NCBI RefSeq assembly: GCF_022539665.2
Contig: NC_081333.1
Location: 9,858,001-9,922,000, forward strand
Source: Daphnia carinata
Taxonomy: Eukaryota
Direction: 5' to 3'
DNA length: 64,000 nt
Part shown: piece by piece, positions 1 through 13,080 of the stretch
Numbering within the stretch: position 1 is the first letter of the stretch
How the letters are laid out: every line of letters starts with the position of its first letter
Notes under the pieces: generated by a model
Told to the model about the DNA's origin: nothing
Seen by the model: only the letters and a program-made list of their open reading frames with translations
Databases searched by the model: none
Program-made: the position numbers and the translations under genes

Positions 1-456
1 GAAGCGCGCAACACCAGCAGATGGTGCGTTCAAAACGGTGGGAAAAATGGAGCTCTCTCATTTTTCTCGGCTTTTCTTGGGTGGCTCAATTAAACTAAAG
101 CAGACCCTTTCGCGTCATTGAAATGCACGAAAGCCTCCAGCTTCTCACGAGAGCCAAACGTTTTTCCCAGTCGGTGCGGCGTTACGACCACCTTTAACTT
201 ACTCTATTTCGATTTTCTTCTTCGCAGGACTACGCATCGTTAGACACCTATCATTTCGTTCTTAATTAGATCATCGCGCACATGTACCTAACACACAGCC
301 TACAAGCTTCTTTTTTTTTTTTTTTTTTTTTTCTTAAACTCCATTTAATTGTTTCATTTTCTCGTTTGCAAAATGGAGCGTAGGTAATCACAGACACACC
401 ATCATTTATACTCTTAAAAATAAAAATAAAAAGGATAACGTCAATTTTTGACTTAC

Positions 457-552
457 CACAAGACCGCGTCCGCTGATGATCAGAGCTACGCACCAGGGGC
501 CTTTGGGGCACGGGCGGCCGACCGATGCAGTACCGTCGAATCCCATCGTGAC
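457..552 (-). CDS. Shared internal coding exon (96 nt, phase 1-1) of a minus-strand gene continuing off the left edge; tentatively PFKFB/Pfrx-like N-terminal region
   Basis: Acceptor tttttctttcttttttctgtgtgctcAG (AG 554-553) and donor GTG|GTAAGT (GT 456-455). Phase-1 reading xHDGIRRYCIGRPPVPQRPLVRSSDHQRTRSC(G). Resembles remembered insect Pfrx 'DGVRRYS..' and human PFKFB3 'RSCG' just before the kinase domain. The exon is well supported; gene identity is unverified (~0.5). Confidence 0.8.
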
Positions 553-3500
553 CTGAGCACACAGAAAAAAGAAAGAAAAATCACAGGTGAGTAATTTCGC
601 ACTGATCACGGTGAAAATTGAAGTACGTCAAGGATTCATTCCTCCCAAAAAAAGAAGAACACGGTACCGCACGGAGCAAAAATAAAAAAAAATAAAAAAA
701 AAAATAAAATATGAAAACAAAAGGGAAAACAAAGACGCGCTAAGAAAAGAAACAATAGAAGCAAAAAATGGAAACGACACTGATTTGGTCACGCCATCGC
801 ATCATCCATCACCCGACACTTTTCCACACGTTCCCTTCTAGCCCCCCCCCCCCAAACAAAAAAGAAAGATGGCCACGGTGCCATCGTTGGCCATTTTTTT
901 TTCTTATCCCTATGAATGGCCTGCGCGCAGTGACACAAAACGCAGAGAGATCCCTTTAGCCGGAATGATGATTATTCAATGCCTTCTAGATTGGGCAAGA
1001 GACGGACTTGGTTGGGCCTATTGTAAAGCCAACCCATAAATCCTTACAAATCCGAGCGTCTACCTACACACTATGCGTATGCATTTCAGCCGTTCTTCTC
1101 GAATTCATTTGTTTTGCCGAAAAATAAACACCATTCAGAAACGAAAGTAAACAACAAAAAAAAAGTGAAAAGCAATAGCAAAAAAAAAAAAAAACACAAT
1201 GGTGTGGTAGGAAAACAAACAAACAACGAGACAAGCAACCGCAAAGGCCACGAGTGATGCATCGTCACCGTTCTCAGTATGTTCCAATATTTTCTAATCT
1301 TTAAGGGTCGCAGACGGACTATTGTAATCAAGATCAACGACGAACGAAGAGAATAAAGAAAAAGAGAAGGGAAGGTCAGTCTTGTTTTATTTTTTTGTTT
1401 TTTTTTTTTAGTTTCGCTTTTAATTCTCTTATTCTTCTTCTTGTTGGTGCTGGATTTCGTCTAATTTTGGTTCTGTTTAAAGTACCAAAGTCCGACTCGA
1501 GCAGAGTCTCACGTGAAAGGCAGAGAAGCCAAAACGGCAAATTTCGGCCATCAATTGCCGCGACGTCATTGCCGCCCTTTTTCCACTTCTTTTTTAAGAA
1601 AAGATTTACTACACACGTATGCATTTTGTTTTCTATCTCTCTTTCCTTTTAGATTTCAATTTTCAATGGAGGCTTCTTGACGGCAATTTTCACCGGTGCT
1701 AACTTTCTAATCGAAACCCACAAGCCAATGAAATGAGTTGCGTTCAGCCGTGAGTTGCTCAAGAGTTCAAGCGTCAGCCGCTCGTAAACCATTTCAATCA
1801 TCGTTTTACCTTTTGTTTTCTCAACAAAGAAAACAAAGAAAAAACATTAACGTACATACGAAGTACGACAACAATAACAACAACAACAATAATAATAATC
1901 GTAACGTAATAAAAAAAAAAAAAAAAAAAAAAAGAAAGAAAGAAAAACAAAACAAAAATTAGCAACCGGAACTTGTGAATGGTGTGAGGGCAATCCAAGC
2001 GAGTCTTACAGGCAAGCAGCCGACTCGAATCGAAATAATTGTGATCTAACGGTGTGCTGTAAGAAAGCGGCAATGAGAATTCAAGAGTGAAAGGTGAGGG
2101 ATGTCGTCCTCAGCACTTCTTTCTCTTGAACTATTGAAACGTTTTACACTTCACACTTTCCGTGGGCGCGTTAAAAAAAAATTTATTTTTTTTTTTTTGT
2201 TTTTTTTTTTTTGTTTTTTAAATCCTCGCAACAACACAAACATTCGGCCTTTATCCTCCCTTGCCGGAGCGCAAGATTGCTAACTCCCTCTTTTATTTTG
2301 ACATTCATAGAATCGCTGTTTGACTTATTCGGCACATAGCGATTGCGTGTTGGCTATTACGCTGACACTGCTACAAGACACACGCAACCCGTTTTTCGGG
2401 AAAACACATTAATTCTTTAGCAGACCTGTTTACCAGTTCGTTTTTTTTTTTTCTTTTTTTTTTTCGTGGGCCTGTTCCGAAAGACCTTAATAGCTTTATA
2501 ATGGTAATGTTCATCGCATTTCTCTCTCTCTCTCTCCGCTTGTTCGGCTCCTCTCTTAAAAGTCTTGTACTTACACAAGATTTTTTTTTTTTCTTCCCGC
2601 CCAGGCGTTTGTTTCATCTTCTTAACCTTTAAGCCTGTTTTACGTGCCAACTTTGGAAAAAAAAAAAAAAAAAAAAAAAAAAATGCAGAGTTTGGATTAT
2701 TTTTAGTCCCATTTTTGGGGGCGCTCATCTTACATGCGAATAACACGCATACCAGCCCGGCGGCAAAAAAAAAAAAGCTTTTCGGTTTTACAAGTCACAT
2801 TCCCATCGACACCTGATACAGCTTGTCAACCGTGGTGGAAAGGGAAAAAAAACAAAAAAACAAATGGCAAGATAACAAATTTTTAAAAGAAAAGACAGTG
2901 ACAAGAAAACGCCGTTGCACAACGTTCTTCTCATTCGTGCCATCAGCCCGTGGAGAATGAAACGCACGTCGCGTGTGCATCCTTCCAGAAATATCTCGTC
3001 TCTATATACTTAACTATGCAAAAGGATCATGTAAAAAGATTAGCTTGTTTCATTTCGTTTTTTTTTTTTTCTTTCTTCTTCTCGTGATTATCATCTTTTA
3101 GAGAGGGCAAAAAAAAAAGGGGGAACGTCCCTCATTGACAACGAGAATAATAAACGAACAACTCAAGAAACTGGTAGTGACAACTTTCCCGCTCCATTCT
3201 TTGTAGATACAATTTTTTTTTTGTTCGTGTTTATTTTGTTTTTTAATTGTTGTTGAATGTTCGGTGTCAGCTGTGAGCGCCTCGGTTCATTCGGGCAACG
3301 AAATAAGACGAGATTGAAACAAGTGTGAAACGAGAAGAATGGCAGGCAAAAGGTAGACGCGATAGAGTAGAAGGATGAAAGGGCAAATCTAACAACATGA
3401 AAACAGAGAGACGATTTGTTTGCTGTTCTACGAGCGCCAGATTAGCTCGACGAGCTCGGCAGGGAGTGTTGTTAGAGACAAATCGTTCCGGTTTTTTGGT

Positions 3501-4184
3501 CAAGCTTGTCGTTTGTTGACTTACATCTCGATGAATTCGCCTTGTTCTTTATTCAAAATCAAAAAGGCAACCTAATGTCGACAACCTTCGACAATGGCAT
3601 TTTCTTTGCACCGTGGCAGAATAAATTTTCAAGCAATTAACAAAGTTCGGACGCTGGGTACGGGCTCGTAAAAAAAAAAAAACCAAAAACAAGAGGGCCA
3701 TGAAAAAAAAATTTCTCGTTGTTGATTTTCAATTGAAAAATTTTCGTCGATAGCGACTCGAAAACGTATGCCATATCGAAAAGAATACGGAACTTCCTAA
3801 TGCAGAAATGAACCGTAGATATAAGCCTTACGTCGTTGTTTTATGTGGCCGTGCTACTAACACTATAACAGTAAAACGAAAGAGCATCGTCGATCCATTT
3901 TTAGTTCTCAAAAGTTGGAAGCCCCTGACTTTATAATTGCAATTCACCGTGCAATTTTCTTTCGTTTTTTTTTTTTCTGAAAGAAGAAGGTGGGCGCACT
4001 TGGTGATGGAAGAGGTGGGAGCGAAAGGGGAGCGGTCAAACGGTGTGATATTTCGATGACAGGGTCAAGTGTTTTTGATTGGATGACTACCGAATAAGGC
4101 GAGAGGAGGTTATTTCGTCCACAAAAGAAAAATTCATGTGTGTCCCGTTTTTCGGGAGAAGACGTTCGTTTGATGTTTCTCTTG

Positions 4185-4219
<35 letters not shown>

Positions 4220-4517
4220 TTACTAAAGAATTCCGCTGGGGGTACGGCTGATCGTCTGAGTGGCTGATTGGTCATATGCAAATGCAAGTTCAGCTGCGTA
4301 TCATTAGACATTCCAAGAAAGAAAAAAAAAATACGAAACATAATAACTTGAGAAACGATTCCCTATAGCCGGACACGAAAAAGCGGCTTTTTCTTTTCCT
4401 GTTTACATGTTGAGCCTCACCTTTTGTTTTTCTCTTTGGATCGTATTCCGGGACATCGTCGGATGACCGGGACAAAAGTGTCGAAAAACAATTTTTCTAC
4501 GGCGCATAAAAATTCAA

Positions 4518-4557
<40 letters not shown>

Positions 4558-5815
4558 ACAGGAGATGAATCGGTAATGAACTGATGCTCAAGAAGGAAAC
4601 AGCACTTAACCAACAGTTCGTAAGCCTTATAAGCCTACATATAACATGGAAAAGTTAAAAACGATGCGGATGCGGAAGAGAAAAATCCTATATTAAACCT
4701 CTTCATCCTCATCTATTTAAATTTTTATTTTGCTCCACAAGAGAGAGAGAGAGAGAGACCTTTTAAGAAACCTATCGAATATCTCCAAAAAATTGCCGAT
4801 AAACGAAGCAAACAAAACAATTTGGATAATAAAAAGCTTGGAGGTGGAAACCCCGAAATAATAAACATAATAAAATCAAAAAGGAAAACATAAGGAGAAC
4901 TTGTTCTCCTGTCAAAACAAAAGAATGTCTCTAGTTCCATGAAGAAGAAAAAAAAAACCAAATAAAAAGGGAGCGAGCGAAGGTCGACCGATGGAAATGA
5001 GCCCACAATGCTCGCAAAAAAAGTAACCGAAAAAAGCGAAAAACAAAAGCGGAGGGAGGCAAAAAGAAACCCAACATTGAGCGTGAGCGCCGTGATTTCA
5101 ATGCATCTCTCGGCGTGAAATCACTCTGGTGGGGGCTTCTTTTCCACGAAGAGTGCAACACATCAAAACAAATCTCAACATCCAAGCGAAAGCAGCGTAT
5201 CACATTTGATGTGACCAGTCCACTTGGAAATCCAGGAAGAAGAAGAAGAAAAAAAAAAATAAAATTCAGACAGCGATCCGGGGGGTAGCCGCCTAACTTA
5301 TCGACTAACAAGTTGTTCTTTACATCACAAACGCAGCACTAACTCGCGTAGTGCTATCTTTGTACGGATAACAAGACACACTACACCAAGCGTCACTGGT
5401 ATATGCGGACACACACACACACAAACTGCATCTTATCTTGACGTGCGCATCAGCTTGTACGCTAGCAGACGAAAGGCGTGCGAGAGCTATTTTGAATAAG
5501 AGGGTCTCCCGATATATCACCGATACGAAGATGAAAAAAAAAAAAAAAAAAAAAAATTCCAAACGCAAGTGGGGGGTAAACGTCGCCATTTTTTCCTGGC
5601 GCTATTATGTTAACGCTGTCGTCCAGAGCAAAAGTAGAAGGCCGTATAAGAAAACGATATTATGTAAACACGCTGAGGCTTGTTTTGTATCTTCAATACG
5701 GGGGAAGACTAACAAGAAAGATAAGGTAGTCTATAGTTAGGCAGCCATGAAAAAAAAAAACGTAACGTCGTTCCAGGGAAAGTAAAAAATTTCAGAAAAA
5801 AAAAAAGAGGCTTAC

Positions 5816-5912
5816 ATCCAGTGCACTGGCGTTTGCGCTTGCGTAGGACTCGTCGGGCAGTGACGGGATGAATGATGAACATGTCTTCAGAGAAGGACGC
5901 CAACGATGCCAT
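5816..5912 (-). CDS. Alternative first coding exon A (MASLASFSEDMFIIHPVTARRVLRKRKRQCTG, phase 1)
   Basis: Ideal Kozak tccaccATGG at 5912; 97 nt = 32 codons + 1; donor GAT|GTAAGC (GT 5815-5814); joins exon 457-552 in frame. Inr-like TCAGTT on minus at 6016-6011; possible acceptor AG at 6062-6061. Confidence 0.7.
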
Positions 5913-8900
5913 GGTGGATTTAACCAACCGACACAAACTTCCTCCGTTCGAAGAAAGACGAATTGTTTGTTTCTTCTTTTTGCACACAACGTAGAGAATA
6001 TTCGAGACACAACTGACCAACGATCAAGTAAAGAAGAAAAAAAAAAAAATGGGGCCACGTCTAATCACAATGTTGACGAGTTAAAAGAAGATTGTTGGTC
6101 ACGTTCCACGTAGCAAGGCAGGAAGGACGGTGCGGCATGTTTAATAGTCACGCAAGTGAACGAATTGCTTTTCTTCTTCTTCTTCTTCTTCTTCCTTTGA
6201 TTTACCCTTTTTTTCTCTTTCTATTTGTAAAGGTTATCACAATTGTATAACGCACAGTGTGTACAGTCAAACTATATAGTCTGTCGAATCACTTCCGGCT
6301 GCAACGGGCAAATATAATCCGAAGGCACTGTGAAGGAAACGCACGGAAGCGGATGATCGGAATGTTGAACGATGAAAGAAATAAAAAAAAAAAAAAAAAA
6401 CAACAGTCGGCCGCAGGGTTTTTTCTTTGATAGTTATTTGTGTTTGTCCTTCTGCTTGCCGATTGGCTGTTATGACCACTCGTCATCGGTCATCAGCTAC
6501 AACCAAAAGAAAAAAAAAGCGTTACACACACTGTGTCTTGTGCTGCAGCACGTTGTTGGGCCGTTATCGGACGCCCAGATAACAAGCAAAGACATGAATG
6601 ACTCAAAAAGTCATCGAGTGTGCCAAATGGTCTGCGGTTCCCTCAACCTGGGTCCGAACTTCTTGTTGTATTTTATTTTATATATTTTTTTTCCCTTTCA
6701 GTTCTTCTTTATCTCCTTCAACACCGGGGTAACGCACGACTTGACGAGCAACACCTTCCAGAGTACAGCCGGCCAAACCCCCTGTCGACCGAAGTAGAAA
6801 TAGTCACAATTCGATTGTCTTGTTCTTCTTTTTTTTTTTTTTTTTTTTTTCCTATCCTTTCTTTCTTTTTCACGATCTTTTAAGTCAGGCAACCGTTACA
6901 ATAGGAGCCCAAATGATAGTGGAATCAGAAAGAGACAAGATAGGGACTCCGTCTTGATGGCTGGCGTTATATACGCTGACTTCCACTTCACGATGATTGT
7001 TTGCTTTTTATGGAATGTTAGGCGCTTCTTTCACTCTCTCTCTCTCTCTCTCCCTTCTATTTCAGCCCTCTAGTGAAATCCGTGAGGGCTAAAAAGATGC
7101 AGCCAGTAGTTTAATAGACATCCATGTCTTTGCCTGTCGTGCGAGGCGTTTTCTTTTTTTCTTCTTCTCTTTTGTGTCTCTTGATCATTGCGTCCTCTTC
7201 TGATTTTGAATCCTTCTAGCCGAAGTCCATGGAATGAAAAAAAATAAAACTGACATTATCCACCAGCTGCTCGATGGACCCTTTCTTCTTCTTCTTCTTG
7301 TCAACTTTGGAATTGTTGTTTAGTCCCTTTGATCGGCTTTTGTGCTACGTTTTTCGTATACACAAGCGCAGTGGCAAAGAGTATAGCGACAGATCCGGGT
7401 TATGCGGTCGTTCTTTCCCTCAAATCACTCAACTTCAACGCGACGAACGACAGTAAAGTGAACGAACTTGGCCACTTTTCTTTCGTCCCTCTACAGACAG
7501 AGGGCAAGACGAGAGAAATAAGACACGCTGTCACGCACTGCCAACGATCGCCTTTTCACACAGGCCCATTCTTTTGGTCTACATGTCCCATTTCTTCCTC
7601 ACCAAAAAAAAAAAAAAAAAATTAAAAAGCTCAAACACAAGCACGAAATTTCCGTTTGGGAGGAAAGTAGATAATTGCCGATAAATTTCGAGAATGTTAC
7701 GGTAAGGGGGAGGGAAGTCGTCCACTGTTTTAGGTTGTCTCTTTTTCTCATACGTGTCGTCTTGAAGTCATTTGTCTCACTGGAAAGCTGGATGACATGG
7801 TCTTTTCTTGACGGTCATTAAGTTTAGGCCATCACAAGACAACGACCAGGTAGCCCACAACGGCAGTGAGAAGAAGAGCTCACGATTAGAGACGGGCGGG
7901 AAATAAAAAATTTTAAAAGATGGTTGAAAGACTCTCGTATTTGATTTACGATCGTCGGTAGTTATCGCACGGCATCTCTAGCTGGACGCATTTTTTTTGT
8001 TCCCGAACGGCTGGAACTGCCGCCCAATAGATAACGAAACACACGGTCCAAAAGGAAAACAAAATATATATATATATATAAAAAAATAAATCTTAATAAA
8101 ATAAAAAAGCCGAGGACAAGGGAGGAGGGACGACCACGCTTGCTCACACACACAAATCAAAAAATTTCACATCAAATAAAAGTCGACAATGGCGTCAGAT
8201 TGAGTCGTCAAGAAATTTCTTGATGCCAATTTCTTCCTGTTCGCTTCCTCCACGAAACTCGTCACTACGCTTTGAATAATTCCTTCAAAATAATTGGCAA
8301 TCGTCGCAGCCATTCGTCATCGTCGCAACAAACACGCACGATATTTTAAACAAATAGCGATCAATTAACGATCGTTTTAAAAAAAAAAAAAAAAAACTTG
8401 ATTCAACTGTTCTCTGCCATTTCTATGGGTACGCGGAGCAACACGCGTGGGTCGCAAAGAAAAAATCCAACTGGTTTGAATCGAGAAATCAAGAGCGCTC
8501 CACACAACCGCCACACTTGGCTCCAAGTAAACGACTAAAGACGGCGACTCGGAGGCCGCCGGCTTTTGGGAGGGTTTTTTTTTCTCTCTCGCGGTGGTGG
8601 TTGGGATGGCGGCGGGTGAGGCTTGCCGCTGGATTTGGATCGGTACAAACGTATAGAATAACTGTTTTTTTTTTTTCTTCTTTCCTTAACGCCAACTAGC
8701 TAACCACTTAAAGTCCAAAGTAAATACACGTAACGTGAAGACTTTTTTTTTATTGTCTCCATCTTTTTATTTTATCTCTTGGCTATTGCTCGTCATTTCG
8801 TTCTTGTTTTCCTTTTTTTTTTCTTTTGCGCTTTAGTCAAAGAGACGAGCCCAAAAAAAAAAAAAAGAGCCCAAAGCTTTCGACTCATTAGTCGCTGGTG

Positions 8901-11712
8901 AACAAGTCCGATATTTCCACCTGGAAAACTCATTAACATATTACGTTTCGGTTGCCGGTATGCGCTCATCATGGACCCCGCTCGACGATAACATGTTAGT
9001 AGATTTCTTAAACGGCAAGAAGATGAGCGGGGCGGGGCCAGCTTAAACACACACACACACACAAAAATAAATAAATAAAGAATGGAAATAAACGGTGTCG
9101 TACAGCTATGTACATATAGTGGTACTACACATAAGCGGCGTACGCTAAAAAAAAAAAAAAAAAATAAGTATTATGGATGTGATGGACATAACCTAATGGC
9201 GATGCTATCGAAAAAAGAAAAGAAAAACATTATGAAATTGAAAGAAATGGGCAGGGCGTTGAAAAAGGCATGTGTTGTTCGCTTGCGGTTCACCTACAAT
9301 TGCAGTCGCTCTCATCGTCGTTCCTACACCCAATGTGCACGATAGCCCCCTACTCTCTCGCCCTTTCCTCATTCTTCTTCTCTTCGTTTTCCAGTTTATT
9401 TGATTTCCTTTTTATTCACTAGAAAAAAAAAAACAGACAAACAATTTTACAACTCGTTTCTCTTTTTTGTTTCACTTTTCTACCGGCACATGGAATTTGA
9501 AAATGTTCCAATAAAAGGGAAAATATGTTTCTCTTAACCCAGAGGGGGAGCTGGTGGAAATGACTGAGTTACAGCGCGGTTTCCTTTTGTCTCACTGGTC
9601 ATATCTTTTTCTTTCTTTCCATCTCGACTTCCATCGCACGTGATGACCAGCTCCGCCTACCATCGACAGACACACACTTTACGAACACACTGCAATCATC
9701 GAAAGACTTATTTAAACAACACCAACGATGAGTGTGTCTTTTTTTTTTCGTTCCCCCCATCGACGTGTAATCTGTTTTGTGTGGACTGAACCGCGTTACG
9801 GAAGCCCACGGTATCGATAAAAGCGGCTCCGTTGGGGAAATTGATGCGCCGGACGGTGGGGAGCAATGGACATAACCACAGCACGAGCGGAATCTACCGT
9901 TCAACTGTTAAGATCCGTCCATTTTGTCGGTGTAAGGAGTATGTGCTGTCGACGGCTAGTTCCCACAATGTTGAACGCTCTAACAACGACGAACGATGTA
10001 ATATGTGAACTGTCGGCAATTGAAACGAGTCACTAAAAAAAAACTGACCAAGGGCGACGACGGAAATTTTTTTTTTTTGAAATTAATGATGGGATGATCA
10101 TCAATTCTTTTTATGAGTCAAAAAAAAAAAAATGACCGTTCCATTTTTTTTTTTTTTTTTTTAATAGTCTGTTGCACTTGTATGTACTCCGGAAAAATCT
10201 GGGCTATTCCGTCTTGAATGGCCGGTTTTGGAAACGTTCGTCATGTCCATTGACATGGAAATTAAGATTGAAATCCCGTTGTTTTTTGTGCTTAACATTG
10301 AAGACTCGGGTCAATAACTGTTTCCAGCATTGCCTATTATGGACAAAATTTGAGGGTTTTACCCGAAACATGTTTTTCGTATATCATATTTCCCAATTTT
10401 TTTTTTTTCTTGTTTTCATTGTACAGCCTATTTCTTACGTCGATATTTGAATAGCTAGTTTAACTCATCCATCAAAACTTGTCCATTTGAAAATACAAGT
10501 TAAACTAGCCAAGCAAAAAAAAAAATTGAATAATAGCGATCGCAACAAGAAAAAGAAAAGATCTTTAGAAGGGCTGTCTTGTTTGCGTTCTTGCGTGGGA
10601 GAAAGTCGTATCATCAAAGCAGCGCTGGATGCGAGCAGCGGTTACTAAACTTGTGCAGCCGGCGGCTGCCGTGCCCTGCTTGGCTACCCTCATCCCATAC
10701 GGAGAGGTATAAAAAAAAAATCGTAGGGGAAGGAGCATCTAGTGGCCTGGCATCAAGGAGCTATAAGCTGCTGGTTGCCCCTTCCTTTCAATCCCACACA
10801 CACAACAACCTCGCCATGCCAAAAGTCATGATATAAATCATGGAACTTGAATAGAAAGTGATGGAACTTCATCGAGCAGCCTCCCTTCGTGTTCAAAGCG
10901 AAAAAAAAAATGTACAGGCAAAACATACGAATATTAAAAGATAAAAAAAAAAAAACGGAGAGAGAAATGAGAAGACAACGACGACGTATCATCATCATCA
11001 TCGTCATCCGAGTAGATAAACGAGACAAGGACGGACAGAGGGACGAGGGAAGAGAGAGGCAGAGCTGACGTCTAACTCGCGCGCGCGTGATATTTTAATG
11101 ATGCCCGCTCGTCTGAAAATGAAGAAAGCAACCAACTAAAAAACGAAAAATGATGGGAGTAAAAAAAAAAAGAAAAAAAAAAAAAAGAAAAGGAAAACAA
11201 AAAAAAATGAAAGAGATGCTAGAGTCCCTAAACACGAACGCGGCCAGCAGCCGTGAAACGAAAGAGTTCTGCACCTTTTTTTTTTTTTTTTTCTCTTGTC
11301 CGCCAATTTCATGAAGGATCTCATCGGTTGGTATCTCGCGAATGCATCGGAGGTGTGTGAAGCACGAGCTGCTATGGTTAAAGGGACGAAACGTGGGAGG
11401 GCCTTCAAACATTGTCCTTGGATGTGGCGACAGCCATCAATACATATTTTCGAGAAGAAAATGAGACAAGCACTGAAATAAGTGGCAATAAATCTTCAGG
11501 TCAGATCCCACGATCGCGATAACAGCCCACCGAACTGTGCCACGGCCCAGAAGCAAAAATGTGTGCCTACTTCTTCGGGGAAAAAAAGGGCGGAGTCGCG
11601 AAAGTGTACAGTGCGTGAGTGATGTCATCAAGATTCCCATCTCTTTAATTTCGTTAAAGCTAAACAAAAAATTGCTCTTTCACCTTTTTCTACGCGTTCA
11701 TTCTATTGCGTT

Positions 11713-11743
<31 letters not shown>

Positions 11744-13040
11744 GTTGCATTTTTCTATATAGCGCCCCATGGCTGTACGCTCTCAGGCCTTCAGCTGCTG
11801 CCACCCAACGAGCTATAGCGATTTCTTGTTTTTTCTATATTCGGAACATGAATCGAATCTCTCACGAGAATCGAGATAAAAAAAAAAAATTGCCGCAGAG
11901 GATTTTTCTTCCGCATCAATCGATTCCACGGCAAGAGAAATGCCTTTTCGAAGCGCATCGAAAGCGTTCAGCATTGACTGGAAATCTATGATCGCTTTGG
12001 TTCTTTGGTGTTCACGAAGCGTCGGAGGTGAATGTCTAATGAGATCAACGCAGGGACCGTGCCAAGTTCGGGCGGCGCAAAGCAGAGGATTACACTTGTA
12101 ACTTGACGCGCCCGCTCCCACAGACATTTGCCTATTTCCCACGCCGAAAAGAAAAGAGTCGCAAGGAAAGTTGAAAGAGAGAGTTTTTAAACTTCACTAT
12201 TTTCGGCGCTATTCTTTTCAATTCACACCGCCTAGTTAAATGCCCAAAAGTGAATTTAAAAAAAAAAAAAAAAAAAGGAAGGAATTTGATAGCAATAGGC
12301 ATCGATGAACGCGATAGTGACCCAGCCATCCTTTTACGCTTAATCATCAAAGCACCTCTCTTTCTCTTTTTTTTTTGTTGTTGTCGTTTATCGACTCAAG
12401 GCTTTCACGCGTCCGAGCCTATTCCGCCCTCGACCGAATTGGAGAACGCAAATTTTTATTTTATTTATTATTTGATTTTCTTTCAAATATGGGGGGGACT
12501 GTGAAATATACAGTGGAACCATTTTTTTTTTTTTGTTTTGAAACTCTGACGGTATGAAGTCATAAATAAAAAATAATAATAATTTTTTTTTGTGGCAACC
12601 AGCAGAGAGAAATATTAACTCACGAATACAAGGCGAAAATTGAAAAAAATAAATAAATAAATAAATAAAAATGAAAAGAAAACAAGACTTAGCCACATAC
12701 CGCAGCTAAACCACTTGACGTTCACACGTCACGCACGATCAGTTACGAACTCCTGATTTTTGTATGAGCTTTGTTCCTTTTTTTCCCCTTACTTTCGTTT
12801 TAAAAAGAGATCAAAAAATGACGTCTAAAAATAAAAAGAGTTTGGACCTGAAAAGCAGAGGGAATGGGAATCAATAGATATTTGATGTGGTATAAACCTC
12901 TCAAAAGAAAAACTAGATAATAAAGAATGCAATAGACAAAAGGAATAGTTGCTCACACAACCGAGAGACCCCCCTGGTGTACACATTTTTGTTTTTTCAT
13001 CCTCTTCCACGATAGAAGCAAGAAAATAAAATAAATTCAC

Positions 13041-13080
13041 GCCGGAGATAAGAGAGTCGACCCTTGTACAGTATAAACAT
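13041..13080 (-). CDS. Candidate alternative first coding exon B (MFILYKGRLSYLR, phase 1); whole exon 13041-13097
   Basis: Strong acceptor tttttttgttgttgtttcAG (13099-13098), 17-nt leader, acaacATG at 13080, 40 nt = 13 codons + 1, weaker donor GGC|GTGAAT. Confidence 0.4.
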
